Below the pieces are notes generated by a model that did not search any database, was not told the origin of the DNA, and worked only from the letters and a program-made list of their open reading frames with translations. 64,000 bases of DNA from Phoronis australis (Eukaryota; Animalia; Phoronida). The DNA lies in assembly GCA_002633005.1 (NCBI GenBank), contig NMRA01000227.1:179863-243862 (forward strand), given 5' to 3'. Position 1 is the stretch's first letter; each line of letters begins with the position of its first letter. Shown here in pieces: positions 13,195-26,397 of the stretch. Position numbers and translations under genes: made by a program.

Positions 13195-16100
13195 ATGGCT
13201 TCAAGTACTGGAAAAAGTTCCGAAAATGACATTTGGATGAGCAGACGAACAGAGAGCTTGTGGCAGCAGAGTGTAGACTGTTCAGAGCTTTGTGATGTAG
13301 TCATTACTCTCGAGGATGGCAAGGTATGTATGTGTGATATGTGATGGACTTTGTGGAATACTTTTGAGAACATCGCCATAATCAGGACTGGTGTAAACTC
13401 CAGACATTTTTGTGGTTTTATAATACGTTTAATGAATGTGAAGCGTTTTTTTTCTGTTGTCTATGAGACATTGGCTGAAATCAGGGCTGGTGCCTTAACA
13501 TTTGATTACACTTAAGATATTCCTACAGTTAACAAATAGGGTTTACATGAGAGTCAGAGTTTTGGGCTGTGATTAAGAAACAACCGAGTTAGATCCTATG
13601 CTGCACCTTATGTCACAAAAATTACTTTTTAGCCTATAATGTGCCTTTCAAGTATCCATGTGTGCATCATGCCATGAAGCCAAATGCTCAATTGCATGAT
13701 TCAAGCAACCTTGCTTAACTCGTCATCGTATAAATTGTCAGTCTGCATAACTCAACACTTTATCTTGGTCCTGATTGGACGCCCATTCACTTACATTTAA
13801 AAGTTTGTGGTTGGGTTGTCATTTTTTCTTAATTTGTCTCTCAAAAGAAGAATCAGTCATGACATTTACATGCAATTTTTTGCATAATTCCATCATTGGA
13901 CTTAGTGTCCTGTCATTCATATTCGCCACAAGTATGATTGTGATAGCTTAAGCAAAGTAGCGCTCATTGTATCAAGAAATGATGTAAAGAGGTGCCAATC
14001 AGATTCAGACTTCCCTCCTATAGAAAAGTTTCTTCATAACAAAGTCTCCAAAGCATTTTCAGTTGGTAGCAAAGAGACCTGCATGGGCCTGATTGTGGAG
14101 CTTAGATGCACTGCCTATATGCGGAACATTTTCAATAAAAAAATTTTGTGAAAAAGCTTGAAATTTTGCATAGAGGCGTATGTGCTTACTTGGTGTGTTT
14201 TACGGTAGTTGTTTTTATTTAAACTCTACTGATGCAGCAAAACCATTGGTAATCAAATTAGCTTTGAATGATTAATTATGATGAAAACAACCTTTATCTA
14301 ACTTATCAACCAAGTTACAGATTCTTGATATACCTGGTCATCATTGCTGTGTCAGTACAGGTACATATACCCGGTCATCATTGCTTTGTCTGTACATGTA
14401 CATATACCTGGTCATCATTGCTGTGCCAGTACAGATACATATACCCTGTCATCATTGTGTGCCAGTACAGATGCATATACCTGGTCATCATTGCAATGCC
14501 AGTACATGTACATATACCCTGTCATCATTGTGTGCCAGTACAGATACATATACCAGGTCATCATTGCTGTGCTAGTACAGGTACATATACCCGGTCATCA
14601 TTGCTGTGTCAGTACATGTACATATACCCGGTCATCATTGCTGTGTCAGTACAGGTACATATACCCGGTCATCATTGCTGTGTCAGTACAGGTACATATA
14701 CCCGGTCATCATTGCTGTGTCAGTACATGTACATATACCCGGTCATCATTGCTCTGCCAGTACATGTACATTATACAATATAGAAATCATCAAAATGGCA
14801 ATTTGTGTGTAAGTCCTTGTTGGCATGAGTCATCGCTTTTTTCACAGTCCCATCAGTTAACAAGGTCACTTGTATGACTTTGTGTTTTCCCTTAAAAGCG
14901 TACTGTTTCACAGTGACAGTTTGATTGTAGGAACTCAAGGCTCATTGGTGCATTTTGGTCTTGTGTCCATTTTTTGAAGCTTTGAATCGAAGTGAAATGT
15001 TGGAGTCAGCATCAGGTGCGTTTAACAGATTTAAATTGTTAGAAGAGTAGTTGAGTTTTTTGGCAACACTTTATGTTGGGTTTACCAAGATACTTGATTC
15101 TGTGTGCCCTGTTTATTTCTGTGTATTTCATTTGTAGATGGATTATTGCTCATTTCTCCATAAAACCATTATTGATATACTTTGAAAAAAACATTTCTCC
15201 TATCTTATAGATTTGGAGGCTATGTTGCTATTGTTTCAGGGGGAAAGGGGACATGTACTCATGAGTTCTACCTTACCCTGGGTTAGGCATATTTTAGTCA
15301 AGTATAATTACTCAATTAAGAGAACAATGCTTTTAGTCACGACTAAATTAAAAGTTGACGATGGATTTCCCATGATACATTCGAATGGAGTTTAGTTCAT
15401 ATCGTTTAGTCACTGCATTTGCATAATTGAGACACACTATTAGTAAATGCCTAAATGTCCTGCAGCCATGACTAGAGCTTTTTAGTCAGCTTTGGTAAAT
15501 CTCAGTTATGCAAATAGGGTGACGAGAAGGTCATTTGTGGCTGGAGCTGGGGGCAAATTAGTTATTATGGGTTTAGACACAAATAATGGAGATGTAGTGT
15601 GGAGAGAGCTTTGGTCATAAATAATGTTTCCATGTAGTCTACATTATATTGAAGCACAACTGATATGTCTAAAGCTGTTTGTTAAGTAGAAGAAGAATTG
15701 ATAACTAAATGGAAATCAATAAATATAAATCCAAACATATAAAAATGTTTATTGATTAAAACGGTTGTAATTGCTATCAATTTGTACAATATGGTAAATA
15801 CAGAAGGTAAAGAGAAATCAATAACAGTATGATACACAGAAATATAAAAGATCTTCCTAAAATTTCCTTTAATTATAAAATACTATTAACCAAAGCTAGC
15901 TTCAACCAAATGGATTTGAGTTTTCATGCTGCTCCAGGTCGCTGGACGAGACTGTAAGACATGATGCTTTTATTTAATGATTATCTGTAAGTTTTACCGA
16001 CTGATTTAAAGGTATGGACCGTTGTAATTAAGTATTTGATTTAATGTTAAAATTGCAGTGAGTGGAAATTGCAGTAAAATTCATGTTACCACACTAAAGT

Positions 16101-19100
16101 TGTGAAAAGTTCACTAGACCCCCCCAAAACCACGGCGGCCATTTTAAGGAAAAAGTTCATTGCACTGCATACAATGATCACATTAAAGCATTTTTATGTC
16201 ATGCCTAATTATTTTGTCAAAGATTACTCAAATTTTAGTCATGACTAATTATTTTGTCAAAGATTACTCAAATTTTAGTCATTACTAATTATTTTGTCAA
16301 AGATTACTCAAATTTTAGTCATGACTAATTATTTTGTCAAAGATTACTCAAATTTTAGTCATTACTAATTATTTTGTCAAAGATTACTCAAATTTTAGTC
16401 ATTACTAATTATTTTGTCAAAGATTACTCAAATTTTAGTCATGACTAAAGTTTTAACCATGTCTAGTCTGGGATAATATATTTAAACAAAGATAATTTAA
16501 GTTAATTTCTCTTTAAGGTACCATCAACTTGAGTCACTTCGATGTGTCGACTGTGCAATTTATTCTTAAATACATGTACACTGGGCACTGGGATTTAGGC
16601 AATCAGTGTAAGGAGAGTGTGATCGAACTGGCCGACTTTCTGTTGCTTCAAAATCTTAAAGCACACCTAGAGGATGGTGATCTAACACACCCACAGGATG
16701 GTGATTTAACACACCCCGAAGACTGTGATCAGACACACTCAGAAGACAGTGATCTGACACACCCAGAAGACCATGATCTGACACACCTAGAGGACAATGA
16801 TCTGTCGTCTTACCATGGCTCCATGTTCCTGAATAAGAGTTCAGTCGACAAACAGTGGCTAGTGAACTGTGCGAGTGCTTTGTGGAAGCAGTGCTTAGAC
16901 AATGCACCATACTGTGATGTCATCATTAAGGCCAAAGAGTGGGTAAGAGTGAATAGTTGATAACATTTACAATATTTACACGGACGAAAGCATGACTAAC
17001 GTGCCCAAGCAGACGTTCTTGCATCACCAGAAACTTCTGCTTCATCGTGCTTAGCAATGATGGTTAACTTGATAACCAACAACTTTGCCAGATGTTGTTA
17101 CAAATGGCACAATTTAAATGATTACTCATTTGTTCCTCTCACAGCAATTTTCGGCTCATCGGTGTGTCCTCTCTGTCTGTCCGTATTTTGAGACCATGTT
17201 CACCAATGGTAACAAAGGTCCGGATTCAGGTAGGAGAATGTTCCTAATATTTTTCATAAATGTTTATTAATGGCCAATTTCTTCCCTGATCAAATTCAAA
17301 CCTTTTTGATTTAGCCTGCTAATTTCTCACCGCAATAATAAATAACCACTTTTTTATTGCCCAAATTGTGTGTCAGTCTTTAAGCACGTTGCAATTCGAG
17401 GGATTTCGTCTAAAAGGCAAAACTTTACTTATTAGCAGTGCTAATTAGATGACCGTTTTTCAAATGCTGCGTGGGTTGGTTGTGGGCTTGTAAACCTCCG
17501 CTGACATCACTGAAAACGACTTTTGGACAGATCAGACTACTGCTGTGCCCTTTAGTTGCAAATTTAATGTAACAGTTGTACGTTTGCCTCAGTCTGTATC
17601 TTCAAAGTTCCTTGACCTCAGTTGACGTTCATTTTTGGACGGTCTGATTGCAGTGGCATTCCCTAATGGCAATTTTGTTTTTGTGCACCTGTGATTGTAT
17701 CTCTTTAACCCCTTGCTTAATCTTTGTGAAATGTGAGTACCAATAAAGGAAGACGACAACTTTTGGATGGCTATGACTACTGCTGTGCCTCCTTGTGACA
17801 ATTGGATTTTAACTCAGTCTGTATCTTCTGATCTGCCAGACAAATTATCCTCATTGGGTGAATAGGTTTCTATTAGGGAGATAACAATGCCTTTCCATTT
17901 TCAGATGGGTTTGACGTATTCTACACTACCGAGTGGCCATTTTTATGGTACTAATAATTGCCCCTAGAAACATACCATTTGCGATGCAGTCATGGGTGAA
18001 TTTTATTACTTTGCTAACTCTTGTTTATTTTTCTATTATTGTTGTTTAATCATACCCACAAAATTATAAAATGATGTTTTAGTGGACCCATGCTTAAAGT
18101 TATGGTGAGCTCATACTGTTTACAAGTCACCAAGTTTTCTGTGATATGACCGGATGTGTACAAGCCAGCAAACATCACATTTCCCTTGAACTGATCTTAG
18201 CTGGGCATTATTTGTGTACTGGTATTTTTCTGAGATTGCTGTCTGTCTTGCTCATGAAAAGAAATTTTATTTTCTACTTTATTCATAAACAATGAGTAGC
18301 ACAAACTAAAGGTAGCCTAATTGTCAGTCTCATCTTGTTACCATGGCAACCGCCTGACAATGTTTTCAGTTTCAACTTGCATGCCATTCCTATCATAAGA
18401 CAATTTCTTTTGAGAAACTGGACATTCACAACAATGTCAGGAGCCTTAAAAAATGAGAGAAGGTCAAATTCAGTAATTATTATTTTTGTCCAAAATTTGT
18501 GAGAGTTTTTAGTGCTCTCTTTGTATTACTTTCTCATGAGCTAATAGCCATGGGCAGTATGAATATAGTTTACTGGAAGTCCAACATACCAGAACAGTTT
18601 AATTCAGATGTTGGCAATTAGTCTCCATCATAGTTCAACACCATGTTAGATAATTTCTGCAAGTGGTTAAAGATGTGCATAAACAGTAAATTGTATTGAT
18701 ACAATGCCTTAATACATTTCCACTCAGGTGTGGTGGACTTGTCTGAAGTTGGACAGGAATTGGTGAAGTTTACCTTGGAATATATCTACTCCGGGATACT
18801 TGAACTAACGTTGTCCAACATAGAGTCAATTTTGAAGCTAGCTAGTGTTTTGGATATAGAGACCCTATTGACACAGGCCAGGCAATATTGCATGGAATCC
18901 ATTGATGAAGACCATTGTCTTCAAATTCGTTCATTGGCAAAAAGGTTGAATTTGGACGAGGTGTGCGAGATAGCAGAGACATATTTGTATGAGCAGTTTT
19001 CACGGATTTCAAAGACCAGTGCTATTCTTGACGTGTCGTATGATGATTTAATGGGATTTGTTACTGATTTGAAATTGAGTTATTTCACCCCAGCTGAATT

Positions 19101-20163
19101 TTTTGAGTTAATTGTAAGTTGGGTGAAGCACGCCATGAATGAAAGACTGGGATATTTTGATGAATTGTTCTCTGCAATTAAACTAGAATTGATCGCGCTA
19201 GATGACATGGCAAAAGTGAAAGAGAATGAATACGTTAAAAACAGCGCTGTGTGTATAGCCGCCGTCAACAAGTACGAATCTGATTCAAAAGAAGGTCGCA
19301 TTAACCCGGGTTTGAAAGATGTTGTCGTTGTGTGTGGTAGTTACTATGGAAACAAACACTTTGTGTATTCTATAGGCGAAGAACGTTGGGTGAGACTCCC
19401 AATACCATCGTTATATTTTCCAAAAAACTACATGACGGTCGTAGACGAACAAATATATTTATTTGATCGGCATGTGCGTGGTGATTTGGTACTCCAACTT
19501 CATGCCTACTCAGAAAGTTGGCGACATCATCAGTTGATGGAGTTTAACTGTTATGGTTTGGAGAACATGGCAGTTGTGTCATGTGCTGGTTACATATGTT
19601 GTGTCTCCGGAAACAAGCGTTATATCAAGCTTTATCCCACAAGACCAAGTCTTAGATACCGTTATGTAGAGATGGCTGTCTTGAAGGACCCATGTATTGT
19701 TTCCGCTTTCGCAATGAAAGACGAAGCCATTTTGATTGTTGGCAAGGGGAAGGGACGTAGACGAAATCGAGTTGACCTATGCTTGCTGTACAACATTCGA
19801 GCTAGCGAATTCTCACAATATCCGTTAGGGGCAAGGTATGGAGAATTTATGTGCTGTGACGAAAGTGGTGGAAAAGTGTTTGTATTTCAAAGTGGTTGCA
19901 GCTGTATGTTTGATTACACTGACCGACAGTGGAAGAAAACCAACTGTTATATACCACCACCGGAAGGTCTCAAACATAAAGGTGCACTGATTGGCACATA
20001 TTACAAAGATCAAGTATATGTTGCTGTTGGTGGACAAAGCAATGGTTCTTTGGTCAAGGGTCAACTTTATAGGTACAAGAATGGTTGGGAAAAACTTACA
20101 CAGGTACTTTACCCTTTCTTACTTGGCGAAACAAATTTTTCCAAATCTGCTGCACTGTCATGA
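13195..20163 (+). CDS. Tandem BTB-BTB-BACK-divergent kelch protein (KLHL/KBTBD-like), 5 coding exons, 719 aa: join(13195..13323,14931..15015,16518..16942,17145..17229,18728..20163)
   Basis: All introns are GT-AG with consistent phases (0,1,0,1), total 2160 nt. BTB1 motifs: LCDVVITLEDGK/ELKAHWCILVLCPFFEAL/FILKYMYTG/VIELADFLLL. BTB2 motifs: YCDVIIKAKEW/QFSAHRCVLSVCPYFETMF/LEYIYSG/ILKLASVLDI. BACK: HCLQIRSLA..FELIVSWVKH..LFSAIKL. Kelch-like beta-rich C-terminus (Y...W motifs, VYVAVGG). Confidence 0.9.
14325..14770. repeat. 37-bp minisatellite, ~12 copies, intronic
   Basis: Unit TCAGTACAGGTACATATACCCGGTCATCATTGCTGTG. Confidence 0.95.
16198..16448. repeat. 39/40-bp minisatellite, ~6 copies, intronic
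   Basis: Unit ATTATTTTGTCAAAGATTACTCAAATTTTAGTCAT(G)ACTA. Confidence 0.95.
16662..16805 (+). repeat. Coding 24-bp repeat x6 (H-x-E/Q-D-x-D-L-T) between the two BTB domains
   Basis: HLEDGDLT HPQDGDLT HPEDCDQT HSEDSDLT HPEDHDLT HLEDNDLS. Confidence 0.9.
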
Positions 20164-21779
20164 AGTTTTTTTGCTTGTTTTTTCTTTGTATGTGTACAAC
20201 AGATCGCCTTTTTGTCCATCGGCATCGTGAAAGTCTCAGACTTTGGGGGTGATTGGATGCAAGATGGCACGTTTTTCATATTTTTTCCCTTTGAAGGATT
20301 CTTCTGAAATCTGTTTCATCGAGAGCTAGCTGAAACGTGTCATCTATTTCCCACTACGAATTACCGTTCTCGAGTTATTTGGGATTTTTGTTGACTGCTC
20401 TTTATTGATTGACTTCTCATACCTGCAGGTTTTTCATTCTTCGATTGAATTTTCTGAAACTTGGTATGTGAATAGATCTTGCTAAGAGCTACCAAATGTG
20501 TTGCATTCGTTTCATGTTACAAGCTAAGAGTTCTTGGTATATTCGAGATTTGTTGATAACTAAAGTCTGACATTTGTCTGCAGGCTTGGAGTAGTGGTAT
20601 CAGGGTTCAAGAATGACATGTTCTAGACCTTTCCTATCTTTTTCATGGCACATGTCTTATTTTTGTGTTTTTAAATTTTTTTAACCTATGTACTGAGGCA
20701 TATGTTATGGTTGCGAAACACATTCAATAGGAAATTATTGATTTTTGAACTTGCACCAGTGTGTGGGCACTTTCTGAAGTCCGATTGCAACTCATTCATA
20801 CATTATCTGTCTCCTCATCCCTAGTCTGATGTAACATAAGATGCTCTTTAACAAAAGGTGCTGTTTGGTGTAAAGAGGCCATTATCGTGCATGCACAGTG
20901 GTGTCCTCATCGGAAGTACCTGGTGTCAGGGTGTTGCATTTCTTGATTTTTTTGAGATTTGCTAATGAGTAAGGCACGTCATACGCTGGTACATTTTCTC
21001 AGCTAGGCTTGCAGTAGTTGTCTCAGCTAGCTTACAGTAGTTATTTCAGCTATTCTTCCAAAGTAATATGATGTACCGTTTTTCATTTGATCAAATTTGC
21101 AATATGTGTCTTCTGGTTAACTCTTGGTTATTGTGTTGTTTACCGGTAATGTTCAGGAGACAGTCTTGATCTTATCAATATTGTGGTTTGCAGCCCATCT
21201 GGTCCTGCTAAATAAGCTGGAATGTCCCATCTCTCGGGCAATATGTGCATGACTTTTGTGGTAATTTTAGTGTTTGTCAACCCCCATAACTTGGAAGCAT
21301 TTTCTTGGAGCGTGGATGGCTTTGTTGTTCAGGTTGGTAGGAGAAGTCAAATCCTATCATGGTAAGGAATAGTATGAGACCATTTGATGAGCTTAAATGC
21401 CTTTTTTCATTTCTCATTTTTGGCAGTTTGTTTGAGAAGGAATAAATTTTTTTTTCTCAAGTGTTATTTGCCCGTTGATTTTTATAGATTTATGTTCACT
21501 AATGCATACATGTTATCACAACTGTTCACTTCAAGGTCATTTTGTGAAACATTAAAAGATCTTCTGAAACATCCCACCATTTCTCCATTTATATTTACAG
21601 ATGCCTGTTGAGCTCTACTTTCGAGCTCGTCCAGTCATGATGAAAATTTCAGCGTCCTCAGCAACATGCCCACCAGACTGTCCCCACTGTGATTTTTTGG
21701 ATTGTTCTGAAAGTCATAGTACAGGTATGAAGTTGACTTGATTGCAAACATCCCAATGGAAGACCGTTACATGAGATTT

Positions 21780-22960
21780 TTATTTGCCTACATGTGTATA
21801 TGTGGGTGCATATTGCCCCCATCTCTGTCTGGGCATCCTGTGTTCATTTCTGTGTCCCCTAAACTCCTTGCAAAATCCTAATGTGATTTGGCAAACGTTT
21901 TCCTATAAAGGGAGACGACAACAAATTTCAGACCACTCTGACTACTGCTATGCCCCCTAGTAGCAATTTTTATTTTTTTATGTTTACCTCAGGCTGTATC
22001 TTCGGAGTTCCTTGATAGGTTTATATGAAATTCCGTCATTCACCTTCCCATTTTTGGAGAGATTTGACGTTTCATTTTTTAAAAAATTTTCTGTTCATTT
22101 TTGTGTCCCCCTCTCTATACCTCAAACGGCTTGTGATAAGAAGACGACAGTTGGCATTGATTTTCAGACAGCCTCGACTAATTTGGCACCCCTTATTGAA
22201 AGTTTTGTTTTTGCATGTATGGATGTAACTCGTTAACACTTCGCATAATCTTTATAAAACAAGGCTGTCATGCTCCTATGACCAATCCGACTACTGCTGT
22301 GCCCAATAGTGGCCGTTTTATTTTATCTCTCTATTGTATTTTGCACCACCTAGTGGCCATTTTTAATTTTCTTGAGTCCGTTTCTGTGTCATCGGCCTCT
22401 TCTACCTAGTAATTAACATTTTTATTACTTCAAGTTTTTGGCATCTACCTCTTTCTTTATCCACCATACAGCTTAAAGGATCATTATGCATTCCTGATGA
22501 GAAGAGCGTGGCTGATGTTGATTTTTGGACGGGTCTGTTGACTGTGGCACCTCCTGGGGGTGATTTTGTCTTTTTTGCATATCTCCTTAATCCTTTGCAG
22601 GATCGTGAAATTTTATGTTGTCTTACGAATTTGGATGGCTCTGACTACCGCCATACTCCTAAGTGACAATTTTATTTTTTGCGTTTGCCTCTGTATAGAT
22701 CTTCTTTGATGGTTTTTATGCACCCAAGTATTTATATGTGGACGCATTATGCCGTCATCTGCGTCTGTCTGTCCAGGCGGCATCCGTCTGGCGTCCGCTG
22801 CTCTATCCCCAAAACCGATTGACGTATATTCATGAAATTTTGCACGTGTTCCATTCATGGATGGGACAGCGTGAGCAAACTTTCGGACGAATGCGACTAC
22901 TGGTGTGCCCCCTGGTGCCAATTTTAGTTTTTTACATTTACCTCTGTATCTCATAAAAAT
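21780..22960. repeat. Cluster of degenerate interspersed repeats (Helentron/DINE-like non-autonomous type)
   Basis: TTTTTATGCACCC..GCAT..GTCTGTCTGTCC start at ~22713, CATGAAATTT and GACTACTGCTGTGCCCC motifs; similar pieces at ~9260-9750, 17480-17830 and 60300-61600. Class is inferred. Confidence 0.45.
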
Positions 22961-25339
22961 TTACAAAAATAGATGTGTTCTGTGTTATGTTTTAGTTTTC
23001 CAGTACTTGTTGATGAATGGTTTTAGTAAGTCTGTTTTTGCTTGTTTTCCTTGTTATTTCGGCCAGTATCTGTGATGCAGTTATATCGTTTCAGAGACAT
23101 ATTGCCCATTTTGCAACTCTGACTGGATTGATTGTTTCTGTGGATGATTGGTCACGGTCGCCCATCCTCCTTTACAGCCGATGATTGGTCACAGTCGCCC
23201 ATCCTCCTTTACAGCTCATATTTCAGAAGACAGTTATGGTTGACTGCCCTTTATGGAAGTAACTGAATAAAAAGATATCCATCTTAATTTCTTAAAAACT
23301 GCATAAAACCTGTTTAGCGAAAACAATTTATCTACTAAGTCTATACACATATTCTCCAGAAATCAATTCCTGTCTGTTCATTTTATGTGCCCATCTCAAA
23401 TTCCCAACTGACAGATAGAGTTTCGGAGACTTGTTTATATATCCCCTGGCAGCATGGAATTTGCATATTGTGTGATATGAAGCTTGTTCAAAGTGAAAGG
23501 AGGCGGAAGCAAGATTGGTATATGTGATTTATCCTTAAGGATAGTTGAAATGGATATAAGGTGTACAAACAAAACATGTCACCTAGATGGGTGCGAAAAT
23601 GCCACACTGAAGTAAATATACCTGAAACAAACAGACCCCATTGAAAATTGACATAAAATTGATGAATGAAAGTCTTGGGGATTGTAGGAACCTGGTTTCA
23701 CTCAGCTTTCACATGATCAAAGGAAATGCTGAAGTACTAGAACATATTTTGATTAGTCTTGTTATTAGGATTTATGTTTTTTTTTTGATACTATTCTTGT
23801 TTCCTGGCAACTTTTCGTATCTTATTTACCCATAGTTATCTTCCTTTATCACCACTCTACTGAATATATATTGCTTGTATTGTACTTCAGTCCCAATAAA
23901 GTATTCAGTAAAACATAATATAGTCTTCATATATCAGAATAAAATCAAATGACAACCACACGAAAGTACATGATGAGTGGTTAAGTGACTGAATGCCTAG
24001 CTGAGTTGAGAGTGTTGGCGTATTTTTTTTAAAAATAAAGATAAGGAGATGATGGACATGGTGGCGGGAAAATGTGTAATCAGCAGTGCGGCGTGTTTGG
24101 GGTCAGTGTCCCAAGTGTTTCGTTTTTAGGTGTGTTCGCCCTATAGGTTCGCCTTGAAGGTGCAGGTGGGTGTTTGTTAAGGTTCATGCCAAGTGTGAGT
24201 ACAGATACACGCGTTCTCCTGGACAAAAGCGAACAATTTTGCCCGTGCAAATCACTTTTAGGAGACTAGTGAGAGCACGTTCTATACGTGAATAGTGAAA
24301 AGCAGCGTTAAACCTAGACAATGACCATCGTCTCTATCCGATCGTCATTGTCTAGTACTAATTTCCGGGCTTAGAAGGAACTGAGCGTTCTTTCCTCGGA
24401 CGAATTGAATTCAGGTCATGGCGTAGGCTACCGTGCTGGCAGCTGGGCATATTAGAAGATCCAGAGCCGCGAACACGAACCGTTGTCATTCTCAGCCAAA
24501 TCACGTTATTGGCAAAAGTGATAGATCAGGCTCGCGCGGAATCGAACCTGCAATTTTCGCAACCACTCGGTCGTCAATGGAAACCCTGAAGTTCGCGGCA
24601 TCTTTAGAGTTGTGAGAAAGCCTGCGACCGTGAACCATACAGCGATAACCTCCAGAATGCTTTTTTCACGCGTAAAACTGATAAGGATCCTTTAAAAGCC
24701 GCGGTTAGACGGCCGGTGACAGCAGAGCCGGCAATGGCCGTGTTTGGTAACGGGAGGCCAGGCAGTGGTGGCTGCATTGCCCGGTGGTGGCCGAAATCTG
24801 CGACCGGCAACGCACTAGGCACTGGCAGACACCAAGGAAGCCCACACCATTCACTGTTGGCTTTTAGTCTCGGGCTGCCAGGAAACATATCCCGAGCGTC
24901 GCCGGCCACCGGTCGAAACGTAGGCAGCTACAGAAATGCCGGGTAGCAAGGATCGAGGTCGTGAGCGGGTACACGTACCGGCCAGTCATGTGGTGCCAGT
25001 GGCAGGGTTGCCGTGAAGGACGGCCACCAGCCGGTGCACCACCGCAGACGCGTGTTGGTAGAAGACCCGGGAGGATTGTCGCCCTGTTGGATGGCAGGAC
25101 GGCCTTCGACCGGCACTGACAATGACCATCGCCCTGCTGCGAGCAGCCAGCACGGCAGGCCATGGTCAAGACTGGCAGTGGAAAGGTTGTCAGTTTACAC
25201 ATGACAAACAGCAGGTGGATGCAACGCAATGGGCAAACTTTTTGCCAGGTAGCAGGTCGGCTGTCATCCTGTGCACCGGTGGCGCATGCGCAAAGTCGGA
25301 TTGCAAAGAAATTTCACGGGGAAGAAATTTCACGCGACA

Positions 25340-26397
25340 CCGGCCTGCACCGCTCCGGCCTCGACACCGCAGACCCCGCAAGCTGCCGGACTTGACACCG
25401 TGGACCGCCGGGACACTACTAGGGCTGTATCTTGCCGGCCTGACCATCGACCCCCTTGTATGCTTACCTTTGTTATATTTTCAAAGCACCTTTGAGAAAG
25501 CGACACAAATGGCCAATAACCGACACATTTTCTCGGAACTTAGAAAATTTTGCTCATTTACGCAGGGTACAGACTGGCCTGCACCGCTCCGGCCTCGGCA
25601 CCGCAGACCCCGCAAGATGCCGGACTTGACTCCGTGGACCGCCGTCTGGGGAGTTTTTACAGAGTACCCGGGACACGACTAGGGCCCTATCCCGGCCTGC
25701 CAATAGACCCCGCTGTATGCTTACCTGTGTTATATTTTCAAAGCAACGTTTCTGAAACCGACACAAATGGCCAATAATCGACACATTTGCTTTGAACTTA
25801 GAAAATTTCGCACATTTAAGCAGGGGACAGACCAGCAGCCGCGCTCCGGCCTCGGCATCATCCCAGACCCCCGGCGCAAGCTGTCGGACTTGACACCGTG
25901 GACCGCCGCCGTCTGTGGAGTTTTCATAGAGTACCCGGGACACGACTAGGGACTGTATCCCGGCCTGCCGATAGACCCCACTGTATGCTTACCATTGATA
26001 TATTTTCAAAGCACCTTTTAGAAAGCGACACAAATCATTGGCCAATAATCGACACATTTCGTGGGACTTAACGTAGAAAATATATCTGAAACTAAATAAG
26101 GCGATCCAGATCCTCCCAAGGATACTATTGTTTCATGAAATGTAGAATATAAATCGGTAAATAAAACAACAAGAATGGATCAACTGAAATTTGAAATTTT
26201 CGGATGTAATAACTTCCTTTGTCAACAAAAACAGAAATAAATGTGGGACTAAGAAATTTTTCAAAGCAACGTTTCTGAAACCGACACAAATGGCCAATAA
26301 TCGACACATTTTCTCGGAACTTAGAAAATTTTGCACATTTAGGCAGGGGACAGAACGGCCTGCAGCACTCCGGCCTCGGCACCCCAGACCCCGCAAT
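25340..26397. repeat. GC-rich ~235-260-bp tandem repeat, 3-4 copies, with a ~180-bp insert
   Basis: GGCCTGCACCGCTCCGGCCTCG..GGACTTGACACCGTGGACCGCC..GACACAAATGGCCAATAA.CGACACATTT recurs at ~25342, 25576, 25835 and 26357. Confidence 0.85.

Noticed and set aside
14268-14877. Cys/His-rich ORFs
   Set aside because: Translation of an intronic 37-bp minisatellite, open in several frames.
14325-16448. CRISPR-like arrays from 37-41-bp repeats (also 56285-56612 and 63598-63758)
   Set aside because: Head-to-tail repeats with no unique spacers, no cas genes, and a eukaryotic context.
24604-25949. Overlapping GC-rich ORFs
   Set aside because: No recognisable domain; they arise from GC content and tandem repeats.
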